A DNA stretch of 18,049 bases, from contig JBHGNT010000670.1 of NCBI GenBank assembly GCA_043228905.1, forward strand, positions 1 through 18,049. The letters are read 5' to 3'. Position numbers and translations under genes: made by a program. Under the pieces are notes generated by a model. That model saw only the letters and a program-made list of their open reading frames with translations. It ran no database searches and was not told where the DNA came from. Below are positions 7,237-18,048 of this stretch, piece by piece (the stretch's first letter is position 1; each line of letters begins with the position of its first letter). The stretch comes from Azolla caroliniana (taxonomy: Eukaryota > Plantae > Polypodiophyta).

Positions 7237-10200
7237 ATGGCATCAACATCCAGCTCATCGGAGATGAGTCTAAGGAGGTTCGAGGGTTCGAACTTCAACT
7301 TCTGGAAGGAACAAATGCACGACTATCTCATAGTCAAGGGTCAGATAGACCCGATTGAGAATGAAAATCCTCCAGAAGCATACAAGGCAAACGAGTGGCT
7401 AAAGCTGGACAGAATTGTCTGTGCCACGATTCGGATGCACTTGTCCGAGTCAGTGTACTTCACAGTGCAATGATGCACGACAACTTTTGAACTTTGGAAA
7501 ACACTGTCGAAAACGTATGAAAAGAAGGTCGCGGCAACGAAGATGTATCTGATCCGGTGCCTCGACAACTTGCGGATGAAAGAATCTGATTCAGTTTAGG
7601 CACACCTCAACGAGTACGAAAGCCTAAGCTCCCAAATATCTTCTCAAGAGACGACAATCGAGGATGAACTCATGAGTAGTCTCCCCTCTTCATGGGAAAC
7701 TTTCATTACAACCGTGTGCAATGCTTCAACAGTTGCCGTGAAGTACTCCGAAGTCACGAGCGCAATCCTAACTGAAGCAGCTCAGAGAAAGTCTTTTGCC
7801 AAAGACTCGGCAGATGAAGCTTATGTAGTACAACGTTCAACCGACCGATCTAACAGTCGGGGAAGAAGTTCTTCCCGACCGCCGAACAATCAGCGAAGCT
7901 AGAGCAAGTCCCGGGGCAAGCGAATCTGCAACTACTGCAAGAAACCAGGACACATCAAAGCTGACTGCCGGGCACTCAAAGCAAAAAACCGACAAAGCTC
8001 AAAGAGAGGATCAGAAGAGTAGCCGGCATGACGAGGTCAACTACGTCGGCTCTTCAGCCGAAATTTTGACGACCGACCCGAACATATTGTCCATAGAGAA
8101 CCCAATTGAATAAGAAGTTCTGCTTACGACTGAGGAATCGAGCACATGGCTCCTAGACTCGGGCGCATCGTATCATGTGACACCTCACCGATCTCAGTTT
8201 TGGCAATACTCGGACCAGCACTCCGACTCAATTCGAGTCGGAAACTCGCAGCACTGTGCTATAATCGGGATCGACACCGTAGAGCTCAACCTTCCAAGCG
8301 GCTCTACACTCGTACTACACAACGTCCGACACATTCCTGAGCTCTCAAGACCCTTGATCTCAGTCAGACAGCTTGACGAAGCCGGTATCCGTGCCAGATT
8401 CTCATCAGGAGGGTGGACACTCCACAAAGGGAACCTCCTGCTTGCTCGAGGACCAAAGGTACATTCCTTGTATCCTTTATATGTCACACTCAAAGAGGGT
8501 GACTTATTTTTGGTTGATATCCCTGTGTCATCGTTATGGCACGGACGACTTGGACACCTCAGCAAGGCCGGCATAAAGCACCTATCCAGAGCCAGTTACA
8601 TCCCTAAACTCTCCTTCTCGGATCACCAATTCTGCGAGCATTGCCAGTACTGCAAACAGGTAGTCACATCACACCCGACATCAACACCAAGCGAATCGAG
8701 TTCCCTCGATTTGGTCCATTCAGACGTCTATGGCCCGATGCCACATCAGTCCCTCGGCGGTGCTTCGTACTACGTCAGTTTTATTGAGAACTCAACTCGA
8801 AAGGTGTGGGCTTACCCCATCAGAACCAAAAATCGAGTGTTCTCGATCTTCTCCGAATGGCTTGCAATGGTCGAAAATCAAACCTGTTGGAAACTGAAAT
8901 GTCTCCAAACCGACAACGGAGGGGAATTCAAGTCTGAAGAATTCGTCAAATTTTGCCAGGAACGCGGCATTCGACGTGAATATATGGCACCCTATAGTCC
9001 AGAGTAGAACGGAATTGTTGAACGCATGAATCGGATGATTCAAGAACGCATAGTATCCATGCTCCAACACTCCGTACTGTCGAATGGCTTCTGGGCGAAG
9101 GCTCTACTTACGGCAGTATACATAATAAATATGTCGCCAAGTAGACCTCTAGGACTTAAAATACCTCAGGAAACATGGACCGGCAGTAAGCCGAATTATG
9201 ACAAGCTGAGGATCTTTGGTTGCGAGGCGTATGCCCTCATACCGAAAGACTACCGCCGGAAACTCGAACCAAGATCAAGGAAATGCGTTTTCCTTGGATA
9301 TGGACCCGACGGCGAGATCAGATACCGACTCTGGGACCCCGAGCACAGACAAATCGTCTGAAGTTCGGACGTCGTGTTCAATGAGTCGGCTATGCATAAA
9401 ATGGCTGAAAGGCCTATTGAAGTCCGAAGGGTAATATTTTCCGAAGTGCCAACCCTTCATGACGGCCCAGCCCACACCACGAGATCAGTTTCACGGGTAA
9501 CCGACAACTCTCACACCGAATCCACCGATTCGGCATAGCCGAATGGCTCGGCTCCCGACCATCCGACATCAACACCCAGTATGACTAGTCCATTCATACC
9601 TCGCAGATCCGAGAGACTGTCGCAACCGCCGGAGAGATACTCTCCCGGAATTTTCTTTACCGATGTTGGCGAACCGACGTCTTACGAAGAAGTATCGGCA
9701 TCTGCTGATTCAGCCACATGGCATCTGGCGATGGAGTCCGAAATGTACTCCATTTGGGCAAACAAGACTTGGGACTTGGTCGAATTACTGACGAATCGAG
9801 GTGCTCTTCCGTGTAAATGGGTCTATCGACTAAAAGAGACGTCTGACTCGACCACCCCAAAGTACAAGGCCAGATTAGTTGCGAAGGGATTTCGACAAGA
9901 ATATGGCGTCGACTTCGACGAAATCTTTTCACCAGTGGTGAAAATGACAACCCTTCGTTTCATGCTCGGCGTCGTGGCCGCTGACAACTTGGAGCTGATG
10001 CAGCTAGATGTAAAAACGGCATTACTCCACGGTGACCTACAGGAGGAAATCTATATGGAGCAGCCGAAAGGCTTTGTGGCATCCGGTCAGGAACATCTAG
10101 TCTGCCGACTCAGGAAGAGTCTATACGGCCTGAAACAGGCACCCTAACAGTGGTACAAGAAGTTTGATGACTTTATCCAGTCGGTCGGCTTCTCCAAGAG

Positions 10201-11248
10201 CAATGATGACCATTGTCTCTTCACCAAAACAACTCAAGATGAGTCCCCCAGTTTCCTCATCATTTACGTGGAGGACATGCTAATCTCCGGCCGACATGCC
10301 AGCGAGCTCACCGAACTCGTTCGGTGACTGCGGTTGAAGTTTGCCATGAATGACCTCGGTCCAGCAAGACACATACTTGTTATGAAGATTAGTCGGCATC
10401 GCGATAAATGACAACTTTTCTTGTCACAAACCGACTACATCGGACGTGTCTTGGAACGCTTCAACATGCACTCGGCCAAGTTTGCTTCGACCCCGCTCCC
10501 CATTAACCGTCGGTTGTCTCAGTAACACTGCCCGACATACGGTCCGGAGGGGGAAGATATGAAGTCGGTACCATATGCACCGGCAGTCAGCTCCCTTATG
10601 TATGCAATGGTCACAACACGGCCTGATATTTCTCACGTCGTAGGAGTCGTCAGCAGATTCATGCACAACCCCGGCCGATCGCATTGGAACGTAGTCAAGC
10701 ATGTGTTCAAATATCCAGCTAGCACAAAAGACCACGACATTCTTTTCGGCCCGAACTCAACCTCAGGCGTAGTCGGTTACACCGACTCGGACTTCGTCGG
10801 CTGCGTGGACAGTTGGAAATCAACAACCGGATATTGCTTCAAATTCTGCAATGGAGCAATCTCGTGGAAGTCGAAACTCCAGGAGTGCACAACCACCTCA
10901 ACGACCGAAGCAGAATATGTAGCCGCTTCCGACGCGACAAAAGAAGCCTTGTGGCTCAGTCGGCTAGCGCACACGTTTCGACAAGTCAACTCCAACTCGG
11001 CTCTAGTTGTCTACAACGACAGTCCGAGTGTTGTGGCTTTGTCAAAGAATCCGGTTCACCACAACGCCTCCAAGCATATCGACATTCGATATCACTTCAA
11101 TCGGGAGTGCATCATTTCAAGGAAAATCGGTCTCAAGAAAATATCCACAACCGATAATGTCACAGACAGAATGACCAAGTGTCTTTCGGTGGATCGTTTA
11201 CGGTCACTTCGGCACAAGATGGGCGTAACGAAAAATCGGTCCGGTTAA
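7237..11248 (+). pseudogene. Copia gag-pol pseudogene
   Basis: Gag FEGSNFNFWK; zinc knuckle CNYCKKPGHIKADC (7927-7968); protease WLLDSGASYH (~8147); integrase WHGRLGH, CEHC, LVHSDV, TDNGGEF; RT YKARLVAKGF, QLDVKTA, and YVED in place of YVDD (10265-10276); RNase H GYTDSD, TEAEY, KHIDIRYHF. In-frame stops at 7471, 7597, 7900, 8111, 9005, 9359, 9536, 10145, 10325, 10409 and 10523, plus a frameshift near 7980-8040. Confidence 0.95.
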
Positions 11249-11447
11249 AGTTGGACACACAGCACAGGATGGTTTCGGACCACTGACATCAATTCTTTGA
11301 GGATCGGCTTCAGTTCTTCCGACCTGACCGGTTCGGTCTTCTGTCTTCGGATCTTGCCGACTCTAACAAAACCGATCAGTCCGATAAACCTTGTATATAT
11401 ACCTGTAATTTTTTAGATAACCCATGTATATGCCCATTACGGGGGAG

Positions 11448-11641
11448 TGTCGAATACGAGTGTATAATGGCCGTATTCACACTGTCCCTTTGGACAACCC
11501 AAGTTTGGGTTATTTCTATAAATAGCATAAAGGGTAGTTGCCCTAAGACAGTCACTATATAAAGTGACTTTGTAACCTTTAGAAAAGGTTGGTTGTCATT
11601 CTTTGCAACTGTTGCTATTGGAATATAACATTGGTTTGTGC

Positions 11642-11699
<58 letters not shown>

Positions 11700-11773
11700 T
11701 TATGCACATACACAGGTTCTTCTTCATCACGAATGTTCCTTGCACTTCCGCATTGATGGCCTTGTCCCTAACA
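11448..11773 (+). repeat. 3' LTR of family-B Copia (326 bp), with a (CT)n tract at ~11646-11695
   Basis: Preceded by PPT GGGGGAG (11441-11447). TGTCG...TAACA; direct repeat of 5240-5559. Confidence 0.95.
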
Positions 11774-11829
11774 ATTGCCTCTGAAACTAAGTGAGAGTAA
11801 GAGAGTGAGTGTGAATGTGAGTAACTTCT

Positions 11830-12191
11830 TGTAAAAAGATAATGTGTGCGGAAGCATATGCGATAGACTCAAAGTACACAGTCGGTTAATCGGAAACTCG
11901 ATAGTTAGGTAAACAAACATTGATTCAAGATAATCAACACTCTTTATACAAGCCCTAATGACTGGGCTAACACAAGTACTAACAAGTACTTGAATGCTCA
12001 TTAACTGAGCTTGACACTAATTCTGCCTATAATATTCCTATTTACTATAATAGGAATATAGGCCCCTAACGACCAACCGATTTGGTTTTCGGCTTACTCA
12101 GCCGATTCGGGCCTAGTTGATCGACCTCCGTCTGATCTAGCTCTGCGCTTCTTCAATCGATTTGGCCCAAGTTGAGTTTGCTTGCTCAACA
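11830..12191 (-). repeat. 3' LTR of element D (~362 bp; left boundary inferred)
   Basis: Minus strand starts TGTTGAGC right after the PPT. Putative end GCTTCCGCACACATTATCTTTTTACA at 11830. Confidence 0.7.
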
Positions 12192-13041
12192 GTCCCCCTC
12201 AAGCTCAACTTGAGGTCCCACCGTGTCATCTCCAATTGGTCAGTCGTTCCAGCTTCTCCTGGCGTCCCGACGCCTCACTCGTGCTCCTCCTCCAGTCCGA
12301 TCTCACATTTCTCGACCCGTCTAGTTCCATGCACCTCAACCTCTATGGTCATCTTGTCTACTACCTAGGCCCTTGTCAGCTTCCTCATTGTTGCGGTATT
12401 GGTGCCCCTCGACCTGTTGGTTCCTCTGTATCGGCGTCGTCTTTGGCTACTCCTTGTCCGCTTGGCCTTTATGCAATTTGGCCCTTTTGAATCACTCATC
12501 TTAACCGAATCGGTTGTCTCCGATTCCTTCCCACTCTTGTCCAAATTGGCTTTCTCCAATTCGCCCTCCTTCAGGCCCTTGACCACATCTGACCATGTCC
12601 TAGTCCTGGCCTTTTTCCCCAACTCAGCTTTCCCTTTCTTGGCTCTACCACCTACTTTCACTTTATTGGCTTTGATCCCCCTTTGTTCAGAAGGCTTTGG
12701 TCCGTTCTTTCATCCGCGGCCCTTGCATCTGGCTAGTCTCCACTTAGCCAATCTTCTTCCATCTATCCACACATCCTCCGCTTCTTCAGCCAATCCGGAT
12801 GTTCCGACCTCTTCAGTCGTACCAAAATTGAATTCTTTATCCAATTCGGTTTTTTGGACTTCATCTTTCTCCTCACTCTCGTTCTCGTTTCTCCCCCTCA
12901 AGTTTGGCATGTCGAGGTGTTGTACACCAAGCATGTCCGAGAATTTCCACAACTTGTCTAGGCTAAGAGGTTTGGTGAAGATGTCGGCCACCTGCCGATC
13001 AATCGAAACATACACAAGTTCTACTTCAACAGAGAGACAAC

Positions 13042-13421
13042 TGTTGTTGGGGTGGGGGGTGAAGCCTAGAATGGCTTCACCCCCCCTCCCGAGGGGGGTT
13101 ATGATAGAGAGAGAGAGAAGGAGAGAGTGAAAATAAGAAATGACACCAAATGAGAGGGAAAAAGTTGTATTCCATTACGCCCCATGGGTGGGGTTTATAT
13201 AGTACAAGAGGTAACCGTTACAAATAAAGAATGAGACAAGTAGGGAGTTACATTACTTACCCACTTTCTCACCTTTGTACACATGCACAGAAATGTGCAT
13301 GTGTTTATACACATACACATACACATACTCATCCTCACACACTCATTCACATTATACATACACATCAACCACATCATTAAGCATACCCTTATGCCTCCCC
13401 GTATATTCTTTCTTATGGGTA
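13042..13421 (-). mobile_element. Solo LTR (~380 bp) inserted in the RNase H of element D
   Basis: Flanked by ACAAC at 13037-13041 and 13422-13426 (alternative end 13424, giving TGTT...AACA). Removal restores the RNase H frame. Minus-strand CTATATAAAC at ~13193-13202. Confidence 0.82.
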
Positions 13422-13786
13422 ACAACCTCGTTCACAAATGAGATGATAGTGCACCTCAATGTGCTTGGTCCAGTCTTGGAAGACGGCGTTCTTTCCAAGT
13501 TAGATGTTGCTGAGGTTGTTGCAATATATCAATGTGTGTTCGGACACCTCTACTCGGAGATTCTTCAATAGCCTCTTGAGCCATATGGCTTCACATGTTG
13601 CAATTGTTGGTCCTTAGTATTCGGCCTCATTGCTCGATAGTGCCACTATCATCTGCTTCTTGTTGCTCCAGGTGATCGCAACGCTTCCCAATGAGAATGA
13701 AAACCCTAATGTTGGCATGTGATCGCCGGTATTTCCGGCCCAGTCGACATCCGTGTAGCCGACCAACTCGTGGGCTACTTCAGCCC

Positions 13787-14227
13787 TATTGAGATATCAA
13801 GCTCAACTAGTTTAATCTAGTTAGTCAACCTATGTAACTTAGTAGTTACCTAGATCAAATCTAGTTAATGTGTTGACCTTAAGCCTTTAAATAGGACCTT
13901 GTACTTAAGTGGGATATTCTAGATCCTCCACTCCTTAGTACATTTAATTTAGGACTTACACATAAGTACCTATGTTCTACCCACACATGTGCCCCTTTGC
14001 ACATGGGTTGTATATATACCTCATTGTGGGTATTTTTGTATGTTGATGACACTTTTCAATATAGTCAATCATCCCCCATTTATCTTCGTGCTCATAAGTG
14101 TAACTTTCTCTCTCTCTCTCTTCCTCTCACACACTCTCACGGGCATATCATACTAAATTTCCGCTGCTTAACGTAACCATATAATTAGTCTCTAATTAAC
14201 CCTAGTTAATTACCTAATTACTTAACA
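13787..14227 (+). repeat. 5' LTR of Copia element F (~441 bp)
   Basis: Starts TATTGA (probably mutated TGTTGA) where element D homology stops, and ends TTAACA directly before a PBS. Confidence 0.8.
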
Positions 14228-14239
14228 TGGTATCAGAGC
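14228..14239 (+). promoter_or_regulatory. Primer-binding site (initiator tRNA-Met)
   Basis: Perfect TGGTATCAGAGC abutting the LTR CA. Confidence 0.93.
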
Positions 14240-14403
14240 ACGTGGTTTAGGAAATCCACTAAGCCCATCGCCTATTCATGATTGTGTGTTCGAGACGCCG
14301 ATGACAAATCCCGGTTATTCGCTATTCGCTACCGTAGTGCCGCTACGAAGGACGTGTACGCGACCAAGAGAAAAAAAACAAAACGGAAGACAGAACAGTC
14401 AAC

Positions 14404-15031
14404 ATGAACACACAAATGGGAAGCTCACTCCCTAGCAAAAAGCTAGACCGAAGCAACTATTCATCTTGGGAGTATAAGATGAATCAATACCTTGTCGGCC
14501 AAGGGTATTGGAGCTACATCAACGGTGCACAAGAAAACAAACCCGAAATCACACACGCCAACTACCCAATGTGGGAGCAAGGTGCGAGTCGGGTAATGTA
14601 TTGCTTGGCAACATGTGTAAACGACCGCATGCTTAGCCACATTCGTGACACCAAGAATCTCAAAGAGGCGTGGGAAAATCTCAAGAAGATTCTTGCCGCG
14701 GACACATCCGCGTGCAAGCTTCAACTCCGGCAAGAGTTGAACAACATACGACAAAAAGAAATGTCTGTGACAGACTACACCGCCAAGATCAAGAGCATTT
14801 GCGACTTACTTGGCTCCATCAACATCAACATCAACATCGACGAAAACGAGATGGTGCAAGTATACTTGGGCGGCCTCGCACAATGATTCAACTCGTTGAG
14901 AATGGCAATCTTGGCGAGAGATACCCCTCCCTCATTCTTCAACCTCCAATCAATGCTATTGGTCGAAGAAAACCACATTCAATCAAAGACCAACACATCG
15001 GAAGGACAAATGCTCTTCTCCGATACAGATG
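14404..15031 (+). pseudogene. gag: Copia gag (UBN2-type) of element F, with a premature stop, truncated by an insertion
   Basis: KLDRSNYSSWEYKM..AWENLKK..KLQLRQEL..SVTDY. TGA at 14884, after which the same frame continues (..LQSMLLVEE..) to the family-A LTR junction. Confidence 0.88.
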
Positions 15032-15722
15032 TGTTGAGAACTCGACGTTCCTTATGTCCGACGCTCGGCCACAACCGAGATTCTTTTCATACACAGAAAA
15101 ACAGGTAATAAAACGCGACACAAAAGAGGAGAAGAAGAGGAGAAATGGTACACAGGAGGTATACATGGAAAACCCCAAAATAGGGGAAAAACCACGGCAG
15201 CCCACAAGCTGCAAACTGTCACTATGCAGAAAAATACAACAGTGAGATCACTGAGGCAACGACCTCGTGTTCTCAGATCTTCGCCACAGGCGGCGGTTAC
15301 AACAGAGGCAACGACCTCGTCTCTCTCTCTCTCTCTCTCTCTCTATACAGTTGCGCGCTCTGATTTCACCTTGCACCAACAGGAAAGAATAACAACAAGA
15401 ATGACAACAACAACACTAAAACTTTGCCCTAAGTCATATTTATACTAATATGACTTTTCGGCTATTTACAAATGTAGCCTCGATGGAGCCTACACCATCC
15501 GACTCTCCGAAGTCGGGTTCTCCTCATCCGGTTCATACCGGGCCTACACCATCCGACTCTCCGAAGTCGGGTTCTCCCCATCCGGTTCATACCGGGCCTA
15601 CACCATCCGACTCTCCGAAGTCGGGTTCTCCCCATTTGGTTCATACCGTTTCGGCCTCGGCCGAGTTTGTTCGTCGGCACTGTTCTTCTCCCTTCCCATC
15701 CGGAGGGACCTGTCTTCCAACA
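15032..15722 (-). repeat. 3' LTR of family-A copy 2 (691 bp)
   Basis: Minus strand TGTTG...CAACA; homologous to 2916-3686. Confidence 0.92.
15489..15648 (-). repeat. Tandem array, ~3 x 54 bp, in the LTR U3
   Basis: On the + strand, units CCTACACCATCCGACTCTCCGAAGTCGGGTTCTCC.CATCCGGTTCATACCGGG start at 15489, 15543 and 15597. Confidence 0.93.
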
Positions 15723-15732
15723 AACTCCCCCT

Positions 15733-18048
15733 TCACTCCGGCATGGGGTGTCTTTCCAGCCCGATCATCTTCCGGCATGCGTCCAGCTTGTCGGGTGTCA
15801 ACACTTTGGTCAGCATATCTGACCCGTTTTCGGCCGTGTGGATCTTCGTCAGTGCGAACTCTTGGTCATCTACCCTTTCCCGAATCCAGTGATACCTCCG
15901 CTGGATATGCTTCGTCCGGGAATGGTAGGCCGCATTCTTAGCAAGGTGGATGGCACTTTGACTGTCGCAGTAGAGTCGGTATTCCTCTTGCCGGATACCG
16001 AGCTCTCCGATGAAGTCCTTCATCCATAATATTTCCTTGCCGGCTTCTACAGTCGCCATGTACTCCGCCTCTGTGGTTGACAATGCAACCGTCTTCTGCA
16101 GCCTCGACTGCCACGAAACAGCTCCCCCTGCATATGTCATCACATACCCGGATGTAGACCGGCTGGTATCCACATCAACCGACATGTCCGAATCGGTGAA
16201 ACCATCCAGTTGAGGTTTTCTGGAGCCGAATCGGAGACACATATTTGAAGCGCCCTTCAAATACCGGAGTATCCACTTGACCGCGTTCCAATGCTCCTTG
16301 CCGGGATTGCTCATAAACCGGCTCACCACTCCGACTGCGTATCCAATGTCCGGTCGGGTACAAACCATTGCGTACATCAAGCTCCCGACGGCAGAGGCAT
16401 ATGGAATCTTCATCATATCTGCCTTCTCTCCTTTTGTCTTCGGGCTTTGCTTGCCGGACAACTTGCAGTTTGCCGGAAGTGTCAATCCGACCAGTTTTGC
16501 ATCTGACATGTTGAACCGGTGAAGCACCTTTGTCACATACTTCTCCTGTGACAGCCATAGTTGCTTCACTGACCGGTCCCGAATGATGTGCATCCCCAAC
16601 ATCTGTCTTGCCGGACCCAAGTCCTTCATTGAGAAGGTCCGGTTGAGAGCCTTCTTCAGCATCCGTATTTTTTCTTGGTCTCGTCCGACGATCAACATGT
16701 CATCCACGTACAGGAGGAGTATCAGGAAGTCCCCTCCTTCGAACTTCTTCACAAACACGCAGTGATCGGCATGCGTCTTGTGGTACCCTTGATCGGTCAT
16801 GAAGGAGTCGAACTTCCGATACCATTGCCGGGGAGCCTGCTTCAGTCCGTATAGGCTCTTCTTCAACCGGCATACCAGGTGCTCCTTCCCTTTCTCCACA
16901 AATCCTTCCGGTTGTTGCATGTAGATCTCCTCTTCGAGGTCGCCGTGAAGGAATGCCGTCTTCACATCCAGCTGCTCTACCTCGAGATCCATGCTTGCTG
17001 CTATACTCAGCACCGTCCGGATGGAGGTCATCTTTACTACCGGGGCGAATATTTCGTCGAAGTCCATGCCCTTCTTCTGCTGGAACCCCTTCACCACGAT
17101 CCTGGCTTTGTATCTCGGGGGGTTGCCGGCATCTCCCGGTTTCAACTTGAATACCCACTTGTTTCGGAGTGCCCGCTTTCCTTTCGGCAGCTCCACCAAT
17201 TCGTACGTATGGTTCTCATGCAGGGAATCCATCTCATCCTGCATGGCACTTAACCATTTTCGGCTGTGGGTGTCAACCTTCGCTTCTTCGAAGCTTTCCG
17301 GCTCCCCCTCTTCGGTTAGCAGGACATGCTCTGCATCCGGAAATCTCTGGGGCGCCCTTCTCTCTCTGAGAGGATATCTACGTCTTCGGGCTTCGGTAAT
17401 CGGTTCCTCCATTTGCTCTTCATCCGAATCCGATTCGGAGTCTTGACCGGTTCCGGTCTCAGCTTCCTCTACTTCTTCTTCTGCCGGTTCGGTATCCTCA
17501 CCGTAACCGGCTGGTTCCTCGAGTGCTAACCGGTCTCTTGCCGGTTGGGTCTGCTCATTGTAGAGTCTATCCTTACCGGTCGACTCGGAGTTCACTATCT
17601 TCTTCTCCGACTCCCAGTCGGCGAGCGTCTTGTCCTCCATGAAGATAATGTCTCGACTCCGGAATACCTTCTTGTCGACCGGGTCCCACACTCGGTAGCC
17701 GAACTCGTCGTCACCGTAACCGAGGAATATGCATGGCCGGGTCTTTGGATCTAGCTTTCCTCTCCGGTCCTTTGCTACATGCACGCACGCGAGACACCCG
17801 AACACCCTTAGATGCCGGTAGGACACTTCCTTACCGGTCCATACTCTCTGTGGCGTGTCTCCGTCCAGGGGTACTGAGGGTGATCTGTTTATCACATATG
17901 TCGCCGTCGACAGTGCCTCAGCCCAAAACTTCTTGGGTAGTTTTGCATGCGCTAGCATACTCCGGACCCTCTCCATTATGGTCCGGTTCATCCTCTCGGC
18001 CAGTCCGTTTAGTTCCGGCGTCTTCGGCACGGTAAATTCAAGCCGGAT
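15733..18048 (-). CDS. pol: Copia pol (integrase C-terminal half, reverse transcriptase, RNase H), uninterrupted, 5'-partial
   Basis: More than 765 codons, open to the window edge. Motifs: NGLAERMNRT, GKLDPK, YKARIVVKGF, QLDVKTAFLHG, LYGLKQAPRQW, YVDDM, GFTDSD, TEAEY, TKHI. Confidence 0.96.
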   Translation of the reverse strand: MRLEFTVPKTPELNGLAERMNRTIMERVRSMLAHAKLPKKFWAEALSTATYVINRSPSVPLDGDTPQRVWTGKEVSYRHLRVFGCLACVHVAKDRRGKLDPKTRPCIFLGYGDDEFGYRVWDPVDKKVFRSRDIIFMEDKTLADWESEKKIVNSESTGKDRLYNEQTQPARDRLALEEPAGYGEDTEPAEEEVEEAETGTGQDSESDSDEEQMEEPITEARRRRYPLRERRAPQRFPDAEHVLLTEEGEPESFEEAKVDTHSRKWLSAMQDEMDSLHENHTYELVELPKGKRALRNKWVFKLKPGDAGNPPRYKARIVVKGFQQKKGMDFDEIFAPVVKMTSIRTVLSIAASMDLEVEQLDVKTAFLHGDLEEEIYMQQPEGFVEKGKEHLVCRLKKSLYGLKQAPRQWYRKFDSFMTDQGYHKTHADHCVFVKKFEGGDFLILLLYVDDMLIVGRDQEKIRMLKKALNRTFSMKDLGPARQMLGMHIIRDRSVKQLWLSQEKYVTKVLHRFNMSDAKLVGLTLPANCKLSGKQSPKTKGEKADMMKIPYASAVGSLMYAMVCTRPDIGYAVGVVSRFMSNPGKEHWNAVKWILRYLKGASNMCLRFGSRKPQLDGFTDSDMSVDVDTSRSTSGYVMTYAGGAVSWQSRLQKTVALSTTEAEYMATVEAGKEILWMKDFIGELGIRQEEYRLYCDSQSAIHLAKNAAYHSRTKHIQRRYHWIRERVDDQEFALTKIHTAENGSDMLTKVLTPDKLDACRKMIGLERHPMPE

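Larger units (their letters stand above)
5240..11773 (+). mobile_element. Full-length, decayed Ty1/Copia LTR retrotransposon (family B)
   Basis: Paired LTRs 5240-5559 and 11448-11773, PBS, gag-PR-INT-RT-RH order and PPT. The flanks GTTGT and ATTGC match at only 3/5 positions. Confidence 0.95.
11830..13786 (-). mobile_element. 3' part of a minus-strand Copia element D (RNase H, C-terminal extension, PPT, 3' LTR)
   Basis: Minus strand reads ELVGYTDVDWAG..WSNKKQ..VALSSNEAEY..TKHIEVHYH, then after the solo LTR VELVYVSIDRQVADIFTKPL. PPT TTGAGGGGGAC lies at ~12192-12202. Confidence 0.88.

Noticed and set aside
7980-8040. Programmed gag-pol frameshift in family B
   Set aside because: Plant Copia elements normally encode a single ORF and this copy has at least 11 stops, so decay is the simpler explanation.
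12399-13130. 243-aa + strand ORF as an antisense gene
   Set aside because: It is the S/F/L/P-rich shadow of the purine-rich minus-strand extension and RNase H, and it runs across the solo-LTR junction.
14818-14838. ATCAAC triplication in gag (NININI)
   Set aside because: A trivial in-frame slippage duplication in a pseudogene.
15838-18035. Numerous short overlapping ORFs within the family-A pol
   Set aside because: These are alternative-frame or antisense shadows of a GC-rich coding sequence with no recognisable motifs.
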